DNA of 64,000 nucleotides from Clostridia bacterium (GCA_044426265.1 JAWXUR010000003.1:714-64713); one strand, 5' to 3'; positions 12,714 to 21,934 are shown, counted from the first letter of the stretch. Translations and numbers: made by a program. The notes: a model not told the origin generated them from the letters alone.

Positions 12714-13523
12714 TTATTTCTTCATATAAACCAAAAAATCAAAATGAATTTCAGTGCTTAAGTTATCCACTTTTTTAAGCTTGTTTGAGCCGCTTACATC
12801 AGTTTTCCAGTAGTATGGAGTCATGGAAAATAAATCCCACACTTGCTCACTGCTTGTCAGGTTCGCTGTGCCTTTGACGCTGATGCGCTCGAGCAGTTCG
12901 AAGCCATCGTAAAAAGTGTCTTTTTCTTCGTTTTCGTATGGGTTTTCATATAGGATTTCTTTAAGCTCATAAAGATGTCTTTTGCCTGGAATTGCGTAAA
13001 TAAAAACGCCATCTTTTTTTAGTACTCGGTTAAATTCTTCTAGTGCCATTGGTGAGAAGATATTGACGAGCATATCGCAGCTGTTAGTTTTTATTGGAAT
13101 GTTAAAGCAACTTGCAACAGCGAAGTTTATGTTTTTGTACAGCCCAGCTGCTGCTTTCACGGCAAATTTTGAGATGTCAAAACCGACTATTTCAGCGTTA
13201 GTTACTGCCCCATAGCAGTTTGTGTAATATCCCTCACCGCAGCCGCAGTCTAGGATAAAATCGGCGTTTGCGCCGTATTTTTGTACAAGCTCACAAAGTT
13301 TTTCAGCGAAGATTTCATAATGTTTTTCGCCCAAAAATCTTCTGCGTGAATCAACCATTTCTTTGGTGTCACCTGGGTTTTTCGAGTGCATTTGATTTGC
13401 CATTAAAAGGTTGACATAGCCTTGACGAGCGAGGTCAAAACTGTGGCCATTTTCGCAGCTAAACGTCTTGTTTTCGAGCTTTAATTCGCCTTTACAAGTG
13501 GGGCAAATGAATTTGTTTGTCAT
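12714..13523 (-). CDS. rlmA: 23S rRNA (guanine745-N1)-methyltransferase RlmA-like
   Basis: 269 aa. N-terminal Zn ribbon (CPTCKGEL...CENGHSFD), then a class I SAM fold (LDCGCGEGYY). Confidence 0.82.
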   Translation of the reverse strand: MTNKFICPTCKGELKLENKTFSCENGHSFDLARQGYVNLLMANQMHSKNPGDTKEMVDSRRRFLGEKHYEIFAEKLCELVQKYGANADFILDCGCGEGYYTNCYGAVTNAEIVGFDISKFAVKAAAGLYKNINFAVASCFNIPIKTNSCDMLVNIFSPMALEEFNRVLKKDGVFIYAIPGKRHLYELKEILYENPYENEEKDTFYDGFELLERISVKGTANLTSSEQVWDLFSMTPYYWKTDVSGSNKLKKVDNLSTEIHFDFLVYMKK

Positions 13524-13538
13524 TTATATCTCCTTTGA

Positions 13539-13778
13539 TCAAGTCGGCGTGCTATTATAATATAATTCATCTGGGCATACATCTTGCCCATTTATCCACT
13601 CGATGCTCAAGCCAGCAGGTCTTACTGTGTTGAATAAGGCTTCGCTTTTTAATTCCACAAAAGGTTTAAAATCTAAATAAGGTTTAACGTCAAAAATCCT
13701 TTTTTCATCGTTGCTAAAAGTTATTAATAGTCGATAATCACTTAAAGTTTTAACTTGTGTTGCTCTTGGTCTAAGCAT
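13539..13778 (-). CDS. DUF2442-like small protein
   Basis: 79 aa. RBS GAGGTGA lies inside the end of the upstream gene, with a 4-nt gap. Confidence 0.7.
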   Translation of the reverse strand: MLRPRATQVKTLSDYRLLITFSNDEKRIFDVKPYLDFKPFVELKSEALFNTVRPAGLSIEWINGQDVCPDELYYNSTPT

Positions 13779-13782
13779 AAAA

Positions 13783-14049
13783 TCACCTCAATCCTTCAAC
13801 TTTGAGTATTTCACCATCTTGATTCCAAGCAATCCAAGCAGCATTGAGTTCATCTTCGTGTATAGTACACCAAGCTTCAACTAATTTTGCTTTATTCTTA
13901 GGAAGATTGCCCTCAATCAAGTTTCCTTGAAAATCGTATACAGCCTCAAATTCATTATATTTTGCATGAAAATGAGCTATGTTATGTTTGCTGTTTATCT
14001 CACGATAAATATAAATTAATATTCCATAAAATGATGATATTAGTGGCAT
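13783..14049 (-). CDS. DUF4160-like small protein
   Basis: Start placed at ATG 14049 (MPLISSFYGILIYIY...HFHAKY), preceded by AAAGGGGTGG. Confidence 0.7.
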   Translation of the reverse strand: MPLISSFYGILIYIYREINSKHNIAHFHAKYNEFEAVYDFQGNLIEGNLPKNKAKLVEAWCTIHEDELNAAWIAWNQDGEILKVEGLR

Positions 14050-14167
14050 ATTTCCACCCCTTTCACTCAATTATTAATATAGTTTTCTTCACACTATAAG
14101 TATATCATAAACAAGACAAAACATCAACATAGCTTCTATCTTATTATATAAATTAATTAACAACTCA

Positions 14168-15244
14168 TCAAGCCTTAATCGCCCAGCGAAGTTTGGCGCA
14201 CGTTGCTCTTGAATTGAGGAAACATTCCTCTTTTGATGCTCTTATAACATCACGAGCAACCTCGCTATAAACTCCCTCTCTTGCGTATTGTTTGAAGGCT
14301 TTTTTCACGATTCTGTCTTCACCTGAATGGAAGGTTAAAATCGCCACTCTTGCGCCCTCATTTAAAACGCTTGGAAGTTTGTCCATTAGTTCATACAGTA
14401 CTTCGTACTCCTTGTTAATATCAATTCTTATTGCTTGAAAGCAGCGTTGGCATGATTTTTTCACCGCATCTTTTTTGCCTTTTGCTGGCAAAAATGAGAG
14501 CGCATTTTCGATAACTTCTGCTAATTGTTTTGTGGTTTCGATTTTGCCGCCAGTTCTTAAATGCTTGATGATTGCGTTTGAAATTTGCACGGCATATGGC
14601 TCGTCTGCGTTTTCAATGAGCAAACCCTCGAGCTCTGGTTGGCGGATTTTTTGAAGCCTTTGAGCTGCGCTGATTCCTTTTTCTGGGTTGAGTCTTAAAT
14701 CGAGTGGGCCATCGTGTTTGAATGTGAAACCACGCTCTGGGTTATCAATTTGCATTGAAGAAACACCGAGGTCGGCGAGGACGAAGTCAAACTTTATTCC
14801 CTCTTTTGCAAACTTATCAATCTGGGCAAAATTTCTTAATTTAATTGTGAGTTTATCTTCGCCAAAGCCTTTTTCTTCTAATCTTTGTTTTGTTTTTTGC
14901 GATTCAATTGGGTCAACGTCAGTTGCGTACATATGCCCATTTTCACCGAGTTTTTCAAGCATTTTTTGCGTGTGACCGCCATAACCCAATGTGCAATCTA
15001 AGCCAGTTTCATTTGGCTGAATGTTGAGAATTTCTAAGATTTCATTGACACAAATTGAGATGTGCATTCCAGCTGGTGTCTTGCCTTTTTTGATGATATC
15101 TGCCACGTCATCTGCGTATTTTGTTGGGTCTAATTCTTTATATTTTTCTTTGAAATTGCGTGGGTGTGTGCCTTTATAGCGTTTGCGCCTAACGTGTTTT
15201 ACTTCTGATTCAGCTGCTTGTGGTTGTGATTTATTTTCGTCCAT
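14168..15244 (-). CDS. RsmH/MraW-like SAM-dependent 16S rRNA (C1402-N4) methyltransferase with a long basic N-terminal extension
   Basis: Motifs TLGYGGHT and DLGVSSMQIDNPERGFTFKHDGPLDLRL. Start placed at ATG 15244, after GGAGGA. Confidence 0.78.
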   Translation of the reverse strand: MDENKSQPQAAESEVKHVRRKRYKGTHPRNFKEKYKELDPTKYADDVADIIKKGKTPAGMHISICVNEILEILNIQPNETGLDCTLGYGGHTQKMLEKLGENGHMYATDVDPIESQKTKQRLEEKGFGEDKLTIKLRNFAQIDKFAKEGIKFDFVLADLGVSSMQIDNPERGFTFKHDGPLDLRLNPEKGISAAQRLQKIRQPELEGLLIENADEPYAVQISNAIIKHLRTGGKIETTKQLAEVIENALSFLPAKGKKDAVKKSCQRCFQAIRIDINKEYEVLYELMDKLPSVLNEGARVAILTFHSGEDRIVKKAFKQYAREGVYSEVARDVIRASKEECFLNSRATCAKLRWAIKA

Positions 15245-15260
15245 TACGTCCTCCGTGTGG

Positions 15261-15734
15261 TTAATTTTTTTCAATGAGTACAACGGCATGCGCCGCCATT
15301 GCGAGTTTTTCGCCTGTGAAGCCTAAGCCCTCTTCTGTGGTGGCTTTGATGCTGATGTCACCGAGATCAATGCCACAATTTTTTGCGATATTTTCACGCA
15401 TAGTGTCAATATATGGGCGAAGTTTTGGCGCTTGAGCTAGGATAGTTGAATCTATATTAATTATTTTATAGCCATGCTCATTTATCTTGCTGCATACGTC
15501 TGCGAGAAGTTTCATGCTGTCTGCTCCGCTGTATTTTGGATCGTTGTCTGGGTAAAATTTCCCGATGTCACCAAGGGCTAATGCGCCTAAGAGTGCATCT
15601 GAAATTGCGTGTAAGAGTACGTCTGCATCTGAGTGGCCGAGCAAACCTGTTTCGTGAGGAATTTTCACTCCACCTAAGATTAAATCTCTGCCGCTGACTA
15701 ATTTATGTACATCATATCCATGTCCTATTCTCAT
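15261..15734 (-). CDS. ispF: 2-C-methyl-D-erythritol 2,4-cyclodiphosphate synthase
   Basis: 157 aa: [12 protein letters not shown]...[12 protein letters not shown]... Confidence 0.93.
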   Translation of the reverse strand: MRIGHGYDVHKLVSGRDLILGGVKIPHETGLLGHSDADVLLHAISDALLGALALGDIGKFYPDNDPKYSGADSMKLLADVCSKINEHGYKIINIDSTILAQAPKLRPYIDTMRENIAKNCGIDLGDISIKATTEEGLGFTGEKLAMAAHAVVLIEKN

Positions 15735-15735
15735 G

Positions 15736-16320
15736 TTATAACTCCTTAACTGTGTTTTCGAAATCTTCGAAACTTATGAAACTGTTTAATATTTTTATCA
15801 TTGACGAACTCGACATTCTTTCTGGTAAGTCGAGAGTTTGAAGCAATTTTTTACGTTTTTCTTGGCTGTTTGGTCTGCCGCTTAAACCATGCTCGTAAAG
15901 ATCAGAATTTTTGATTAGTTTTCTTTCGATTTGCTCGTTTTCTTCGCAAAAAACGCCAGCTTTTTCAAAGGCTTCGAGAATAATTTTCTCGCTTATTCCC
16001 TCAACACCGAGTTTTCCCTCTTTTGAGGCTTCTGTTTTGCGTTTTTCTTTGCCGAAGATGTCTGGCATATAAACATGGGTGATTTGTTTGGTTGGTACGC
16101 TGGAATTTAGAAAGTTTCGAATCACAAAGCCAGCTGAGTCGCTGTCTGTTAAAACGACTATGCCATTTTTTTGAGCTAGTGAACGAATTAGTTTTTGTTT
16201 TTCTTTGTTTTTAAATATGCCGAAGCCGTCTGTTTTTATGATAACCGCATCGATGATGTTTGAGAGCTTTATTATGTCATATTTCCCCTCTACTATCACT
16301 GCTTGTTTTATTTTTATCAT
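15736..16320 (-). CDS. Toprim-domain protein (RNase M5-like)
   Basis: 194 aa. Toprim-like VIVEGKYD...VLTDSDSAG. Overlaps the holA stop by 4 nt. Confidence 0.7.
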   Translation of the reverse strand: MIKIKQAVIVEGKYDIIKLSNIIDAVIIKTDGFGIFKNKEKQKLIRSLAQKNGIVVLTDSDSAGFVIRNFLNSSVPTKQITHVYMPDIFGKEKRKTEASKEGKLGVEGISEKIILEAFEKAGVFCEENEQIERKLIKNSDLYEHGLSGRPNSQEKRKKLLQTLDLPERMSSSSMIKILNSFISFEDFENTVKEL

Positions 16321-17357
16321 ACTCTTTCACCATTTGAAATGAGCATCAATTGCACTAAGAGTTGCTCGATTACAATATTTGAAGCTTGAGCGGTGTTTTT
16401 AAGTTTGAAATCTGCTTGTGCTATTGCCTCTAAGCAGCGTCTAAGATCGGAAATATCCATTCTTGATGAATCTCTTGCTCCGTTTGTTAGGGCGAAAACT
16501 CTGTTTTTATAGTTAAAATCGTCTTTCAACGCCTCTGCTCTATCGCCACACAGCACTGAAACTTTTGCTCTGTACATATCGACAAAACCGCTTGTTATTG
16601 ATCCTAAAATATATTCTGGCTCTGTTTTTTGTCTAAGCAAGGTATCGAGGACTTCATAAGCTTTTTCGAAGTTTTTGGCTAGTAGCGCACGTATCAAGTA
16701 CGAAATCTTGGTGTCAAGACTTTTGACTGCGACTTCGTCAATGTGTTTTTTTGTTATCTCGCCAGTTTGAGCGTAGCTGCACACCTTGCTCAATTCATTT
16801 ATTAACACGTTGAAATCATCACCCACCACTGTTACGAGGTAATTCGCCATTTGAGGTGAGAGGACTAAGCCTTTTTTCTTTGCCGATGAAATGAGCGGAT
16901 TTATGAGATCTTTGCCAGTTCTTTTGTTTAGTACGCAAACAGCTCCATATTTATCGAAAAGTTCGATTGCTTTTTTCGCCGTACGCAGTGAGAGGTTGTT
17001 TTTTCTTTCAACGAAGATTAAAACTGTGCTTTGTGGAAGATTTTCGAAGTAGGTTTTCATTGTCTTGTGGTCTTTTTCTGGCATTGATTCAAGCTTGAAA
17101 TCTTCAACTAAAATGCAGCGTTTTTCTGCCATGAATGGCATGAGGTCTGCGGTTTGAAGTATCTTTTGAAGGTCTGTTTCTTTGCCGTCGAATTTATCAA
17201 AATTCATATCTTTGAAAGTGTCACCAAGGCATTTATCGCAGATTGTGTTTGCGTATAGTTGTTTTAGGTAGCTTTCATCGCCATAGATTAGATAGGCGGA
17301 TTTGAATTCTTTTGTTTTGATGTGCGCTTTTAATTGTTTTTCATCGAATTTTGGCAA
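16317..17357 (-). CDS. holA: DNA polymerase III delta subunit
   Basis: 346 aa. Typical HolA N-terminus (AYLIYGDESYL) and size. Confidence 0.82.
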   Translation of the reverse strand: MPKFDEKQLKAHIKTKEFKSAYLIYGDESYLKQLYANTICDKCLGDTFKDMNFDKFDGKETDLQKILQTADLMPFMAEKRCILVEDFKLESMPEKDHKTMKTYFENLPQSTVLIFVERKNNLSLRTAKKAIELFDKYGAVCVLNKRTGKDLINPLISSAKKKGLVLSPQMANYLVTVVGDDFNVLINELSKVCSYAQTGEITKKHIDEVAVKSLDTKISYLIRALLAKNFEKAYEVLDTLLRQKTEPEYILGSITSGFVDMYRAKVSVLCGDRAEALKDDFNYKNRVFALTNGARDSSRMDISDLRRCLEAIAQADFKLKNTAQASNIVIEQLLVQLMLISNGERV

Positions 17358-17418
17358 GATGTCACCTCTTTTTTTATTTTGTTGTTTTGGTTAGTTATTT
17401 TGTTTGATTTTGGTTTGT

Positions 17419-17745
17419 GGTACAGTTCGCTTCGCTCATAATGAAGAATTAAAAATGAAGAATGAAAAATTGTGGTGGCGTGCTTTGCACGCATTATAAA
17501 CGTAGGGGTGACCTGTGGTCGCCAGAAAATTTCATCAAACCTACTGGCGACCGCAGGTCGCCCCTACAATTTACCTATTGTAGGGACATGGCTTGCCATG
17601 TCCGCAAGTATAGTACAAACTCAGTTTCGGACATGGCAAGCCATGTCCCTACGTTGTGAGTGATGTTTTTTCCTTAAGTTCCCGAGTATGAGATGCGATT
17701 TTTCATTTTTCATTCTTCATTTTTCATTGCAAGCGCTAGCGAGCT
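17419..17745. repeat. Composite repeat R5: MITE-like frame carrying two REPIN-like doublets
   Basis: Outer arms (AGTTCGCTTCGCTCATAATGAAGAAT / ATTCTTCATTTTTCATTGCAAGCGCTAGCGAGCT) are imperfect inverted repeats with 7-bp periodic tracts. Inside are doublets at 17502..17567 and 17580..17652. About 210 bp recurs inverted at 51369..51600. The right end abuts the stop codon of the LicD-fusion gene. Confidence 0.88.
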
Positions 17746-19594
17746 AAATGTATTCTCCTAAATCCAGTTGGACTATATTGTGCCCTGAAAATCTTTGTGT
17801 ATATGGTAGTAAGTCCATGTAATTTTCGCCGTATAGCTTGGTTAAATATGGTTTTTCGTGGGCGGAAATTTTTATTTTACGTCCCTCGAAATTGGTTTCT
17901 TTTAGCTCTTGTAGCCACTCGATTGGCAGCGCACCTTTGAGCATATTGTTGCCCACTCCGTCAATGACAAATTTGCTGTTTTTCTTATTTTTATAAACGC
18001 AAAGAACCTTGTCAAAGCACCAGTGATAAAATTTGAATGGCAAGATTTTTAAAAATGGAAGTGCTATTTTTGAAAGTGTTTTTCTGTTTTGTTTTTTTGC
18101 TTCGTCAAGCCAAATCATGTTTAAAATCAGCTTGAAAATTCGAACAAAAAATATGTGAAGTTTTTGCATTTTTGAATTGTTTGAAGTCTTATCAAAAACC
18201 AAGATGTCAACGAAAATTCCGTTGTGCATTTTTGGGAAGTTGATTGATGAATCAGTTGCAAAAACAGTGCCGTTCAAGCGGATTTTATCGAAGATATAAT
18301 GTGAGTTTTCATCTGTTTTGTTGCACTGGAAAAACATTGACTCTGGCAGATTTTCGGCGCAGATTTTTCTGAATTTATCATAATCTTCACGCATCATGCC
18401 AAGGTCGATATCATCGTCCCATGGAATGAAACCGCCGTGTCTTACTGCTCCTAAAAATGAGCCACCAACAAGGAAAACTTCGAGCTCATTTTCTTTGCAA
18501 ATCCTTAAAATTTCATCGACAATATTCATTTCAAGAGCCTTGATTTTTTCGAGTTTGCCCTCATAAACGTCAACAAAAAACTCACCTTGATAGTCGATAT
18601 CCATTAAATAACTTGCGGTTTTTTTGATTGCTGTGCTAAACTTTATGTTTGGCTTAATGCCTAAATGCTCAGCTTTTTTGCAGCTTAAAACTTCATAGCT
18701 GTTTTGCGAATTTTCAGCGTTAAAATTACAGTTCACTTTGATGTTTTTATCGGCGAATGTTTCGAGCAAAATCGACTTTAATTCGTGGATTGTGAAGCTG
18801 TGGCTGTTAAGATTATAACTCGAACCAAACTCGCCTTTTTGAGCTAAGGTTAAAATCGCTATGATTAAATCGCTAACATAAATAGCGCCATAGTGAGTTG
18901 CACTATCATCTGCGTTAAAAGTTAGCTCGTTTGTTTTTATAAAATCTTCAATTATTTGATTTATGTCAAGCTTTGTTTTGGTTTTTACGCAAGGGGCAAA
19001 AACTGCGTTATGCCTTAAAATTAGGCTTGCGGTTTCGGCTTGTTTGAAATTTTGTTTTAATGTGTTTTCAAGGCTTAACATGAGTTTGCCTCGGGTGAAA
19101 GTTTCATCTTTTTTCGACTGTGAAAGCAGTTCATTCTCTGCTAAGGCGCAAATATTTTCTTCATGTGGCTTATTAAAATCGAACTGCTCACACAAGATGA
19201 ATTTATTTTCGTTTTCACTTGCGTATTTTACCCAATTTTCGAGGTCTTTTTCTTTGGCTTTAAATTCAGTTTCGTTTTGATATAAGTTTAAGTTTGTAAA
19301 GTAAAAGTAAAAAGCGGAGCTAATTTGAGTTTTGTTTTTTGTGAAATCTTCAAAGTTTTTATATGTTTTGATGCCGCCAAGTGGAAAACTTTCATCGCTT
19401 AGCTCACTTGAGCAAATAACGCTGCATTTTTCCCCAACGCTGGCGAGGATACGAGCCATGTACGAGCAAAAAGATGGCTCATCAAAAACTAGCACTATCT
19501 CTTTATTTTCGTAAGTTTTTAGATTTATTTTTTCATGCTTGAGCGCCTTTAAAATCTCATTAATTTCATCTTGAAAATATAAATTCATTGCCAC
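17744..19594 (-). CDS. LicD-family phosphotransferase fused to an N-terminal degenerate epimerase/SDR-like domain
   Basis: 616 aa. The C-terminal half has the LicD pattern (FLVGGSFLGAVRHGGFIPWDDDIDLGM). The N-terminal half resembles extended SDRs (YVSDLIIAILTLAQKGEFGSSYNL) but has no GxxGxxG. Confidence 0.78.
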   Translation of the reverse strand: MAMNLYFQDEINEILKALKHEKINLKTYENKEIVLVFDEPSFCSYMARILASVGEKCSVICSSELSDESFPLGGIKTYKNFEDFTKNKTQISSAFYFYFTNLNLYQNETEFKAKEKDLENWVKYASENENKFILCEQFDFNKPHEENICALAENELLSQSKKDETFTRGKLMLSLENTLKQNFKQAETASLILRHNAVFAPCVKTKTKLDINQIIEDFIKTNELTFNADDSATHYGAIYVSDLIIAILTLAQKGEFGSSYNLNSHSFTIHELKSILLETFADKNIKVNCNFNAENSQNSYEVLSCKKAEHLGIKPNIKFSTAIKKTASYLMDIDYQGEFFVDVYEGKLEKIKALEMNIVDEILRICKENELEVFLVGGSFLGAVRHGGFIPWDDDIDLGMMREDYDKFRKICAENLPESMFFQCNKTDENSHYIFDKIRLNGTVFATDSSINFPKMHNGIFVDILVFDKTSNNSKMQKLHIFFVRIFKLILNMIWLDEAKKQNRKTLSKIALPFLKILPFKFYHWCFDKVLCVYKNKKNSKFVIDGVGNNMLKGALPIEWLQELKETNFEGRKIKISAHEKPYLTKLYGENYMDLLPYTQRFSGHNIVQLDLGEYI

Positions 19595-19695
19595 TTCACC
19601 TCACTTTAATATTATTAAATTATACTATATTTACATGCTGATTGTCAAGGCGTTATACATTTATAATATATTTCTTCTCTTATTAACTGTTTAGC

Positions 19696-19724
19696 TTGAC
19701 TTGTTTACTAAAAAGATGTATAAT
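19696..19724 (+). promoter_or_regulatory. Sigma-70-type promoter upstream of tarI
   Basis: TTGACT (19696..19701), 17 nt, TATAAT (19719..19724). Confidence 0.6.
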
Positions 19725-19820
19725 TTTATAGGATTATTCAAAAAATTATGGTAAAATTAATTTTAATTTTAAGTATTATTAGTTTAATTTATAAAACAAT
19801 AAAAGTATGAGGTGTAAAAT

Positions 19821-20528
19821 ATGGTATATGCAGTTATTGCTGCTGGCGGAATTGGCAGCAGAATGGGAAACGTTGAAAAACCAAAGCAATTTTTAAAACT
19901 CAAAGGCAAACCTATCATCATGCACACAATCGAGAAATTTTATGTTAATTATAAAATTGAAAAAGTTATCGTTTTATGTCCTGAAAAATGGGTGAGCTAC
20001 ACTAAAGACATCATCGAAAAACATTTGCCTAAAAACGAGAAAATTGTTGTTTTATGCGGTGGTGACACTCGTAATGAAACTATCATGAATGCGATTAATT
20101 TCATCGAAGAAACAGATGGTTTAGCAGATGACACCATCATCTTAACTCATGATGCAGTGCGTCCATTTGTTAACGCAAGAATCATTGAAGAAAACATCGA
20201 TGCCGCTCTCAAATATGGTGCAACAGACACAGTAGTGCCTGCAACTGACACAATTGTTGAAAGCCAAGGTGGCGAAGTTATCAGCAATATTCCTGACAGA
20301 AGCAAGCTTTATCAAGGTCAAACTCCACAATCATTTAACGCAAAACTTCTCAAAGAGCTTTACACAAGCTTGAGCGATGAAGAAAAAGATATTTTAACTG
20401 ATGCTTGCAAAATTTTCAGCATCAAAGGGCATGACGTTCATCTTATCCAAGGCGAAGTTTACAACATCAAAATCACCTATCCATATGATTTAAGAGTTGC
20501 TGACTCCCTCCTTGACGACAATATGTAA
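19821..20528 (+). CDS. tarI: D-ribitol-5-phosphate cytidylyltransferase (IspD/TarI family)
   Basis: 235 aa. AAGGIGSRMGNVEKPKQFLKLKGKPIIMHTIEKF matches the TarI N-terminus. Confidence 0.88.
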   Translation: MVYAVIAAGGIGSRMGNVEKPKQFLKLKGKPIIMHTIEKFYVNYKIEKVIVLCPEKWVSYTKDIIEKHLPKNEKIVVLCGGDTRNETIMNAINFIEETDGLADDTIILTHDAVRPFVNARIIEENIDAALKYGATDTVVPATDTIVESQGGEVISNIPDRSKLYQGQTPQSFNAKLLKELYTSLSDEEKDILTDACKIFSIKGHDVHLIQGEVYNIKITYPYDLRVADSLLDDNM

Positions 20529-20540
20529 CCACTCATGTTC

Positions 20541-20628
20541 GGCGGTACAATTTTTGCGGTTAACCGCAAAAAGGTACGATCACCACGACATGAACTCCGT
20601 GATTGATTTGCTCAACGAGCAATCGAAA
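20541..20628. repeat. GTAC-flanked palindrome (member 3) plus two further hairpins
   Basis: GGCGGTACAA-TTTTTGCGG-TTAA-CCGCAAAAA-GGTACGA, then ATCAC...GTGAT and GATTTGCTC-AAC-GAGCAATC. Confidence 0.8.
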
Positions 20629-20707
20629 TAAAACTTAATGTTTAGTTTTAAAGCATAAAAAATATATTGAAATTTTATAAATAGTTAGCATTCGAAAGGA
20701 AAATTTA

Positions 20708-21730
20708 ATGTTTAATACAATTTATAGATTAACCCAACCACGTAAATTTGAAATTGCTTTTAACGAAGTGGATTTAAATGGTGGCAAAGTTATAGTTAAG
20801 CCTACTTATCTTTCAATCTGCAACGCAGACCAAAGATATTATTTAGGCACAAGAGATGCAAAAGTTATTGCTGAAAAACTTCCAATGGCTCTTATTCACG
20901 AGGGTATCGGCGAAGTTGTTTATTCTCCATGTGAAGATATTAAAGCTGGCGATACTGTTGTTATGATTCCTAACACTCCAACTGAAAAAGACGATGTTAT
21001 CGCTGAAAACTATCTTCGCTCAAGCAAATTTAGAGCTAGTGGTTTTGATGGTTTCATGCAAGAATATGTTAGCATTGATGCTGATAGACTTGTTAAAATC
21101 AGCGATAAAGTTGACAAAACTGTTGCCGCTTTCACTGAACTTGTTTCTGTAAGCGTGCACAGCATCATGCGCTTTGAGAGATTTTCACACAAAAGACGCA
21201 ATGTTATCGGTGTTTGGGGCGACGGCAATCTTAGCTACATCACCTGCGTTTTTCTTAAAAAGTTTTTCCCTGATGCAAAAATCTGCGTTTTCGGAATTGT
21301 TCAAAAGAAACTCGATGACTTCACTTTTTGTGATGAAACATATCTCACAACCGAAATTCCAAAAGACCTCAAAATCGATCACGCTTTTGAATGTGTTGGT
21401 GGCAACGGCAGCCCAATTGCAATTGAGCAAATTATCGATATGATTAACCCAGAAGGCACAATCGCCATTCTCGGTGTTAGTGAATATGCTGTGCCAATTA
21501 ACACAAGAATGATTCTTGAAAAAGGTCTTAGAATGTTTGGCAGCAGCCGTAGTGGTCGTGAAGATTTCAAAAAGGTTGTTGAAATGTATGAAAAATATCC
21601 AGATATCACCGCTGCTCTTCGCTGCATTGTTGGTGAAGTTAAACACGTTAGAAACATTGAGCAAATGATGAATTCATTTGACATTGATTCAACAAGAGCC
21701 TTCGGCAAAACTGTTATGAAGTGGATGTAA
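20708..21730 (+). CDS. tarJ: Ribulose-5-phosphate reductase (Zn-dependent alcohol dehydrogenase family, TarJ-like)
   Basis: 340 aa. YLSICNADQRYYLGTRD...KLPMALIHEGIGEVV resembles TarJ. Adjacent to tarI. Confidence 0.82.
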   Translation: MFNTIYRLTQPRKFEIAFNEVDLNGGKVIVKPTYLSICNADQRYYLGTRDAKVIAEKLPMALIHEGIGEVVYSPCEDIKAGDTVVMIPNTPTEKDDVIAENYLRSSKFRASGFDGFMQEYVSIDADRLVKISDKVDKTVAAFTELVSVSVHSIMRFERFSHKRRNVIGVWGDGNLSYITCVFLKKFFPDAKICVFGIVQKKLDDFTFCDETYLTTEIPKDLKIDHAFECVGGNGSPIAIEQIIDMINPEGTIAILGVSEYAVPINTRMILEKGLRMFGSSRSGREDFKKVVEMYEKYPDITAALRCIVGEVKHVRNIEQMMNSFDIDSTRAFGKTVMKWM

Positions 21731-21780
21731 GTATTTTAAATCATAATTGTCAAGTTTTTACAGCTTTTTTATGTAAAGAC

Positions 21781-21809
21781 TTGACAATTTGACATAATTA
21801 TTATATAAT
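21781..21809 (+). promoter_or_regulatory. Consensus sigma-70 promoter for tRNA-Leu
   Basis: TTGACA (21781..21786), 17 nt, TATAAT (21804..21809). Confidence 0.7.
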
Positions 21810-21847
21810 AGCTCTCGTAGACTTTTGGAATAAATAACTTTATATGT

Positions 21848-21934
21848 GCCGGTGTGATGGAATTGGCAGACGTAGTGGACTCAAAATCCACCGCTGGCGA
21901 CAGCGTGCCGGTTCGAGTCCGGCCACCGGCACCA
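21848..21934 (+). tRNA. tRNA-Leu (anticodon CAA), CCA encoded
   Basis: Hand-folded. Acceptor GCCGGTG/CACCGGC, 3-bp D stem, anticodon stem GTGGA/TCCAC with loop CTCAAAA. Long variable arm (GCTG-GCGA-CAGC) and T arm GCCGG-TTCGAGT-CCGGC. 87 nt. Confidence 0.9.

Noticed and set aside
17462-17663. Two overlapping 63-65-aa ORFs from the track
   Set aside because: They lie entirely inside the REPIN-like doublets of repeat R5 and have no RBS. Their frames exist only because GC-rich palindromes lack stop codons.
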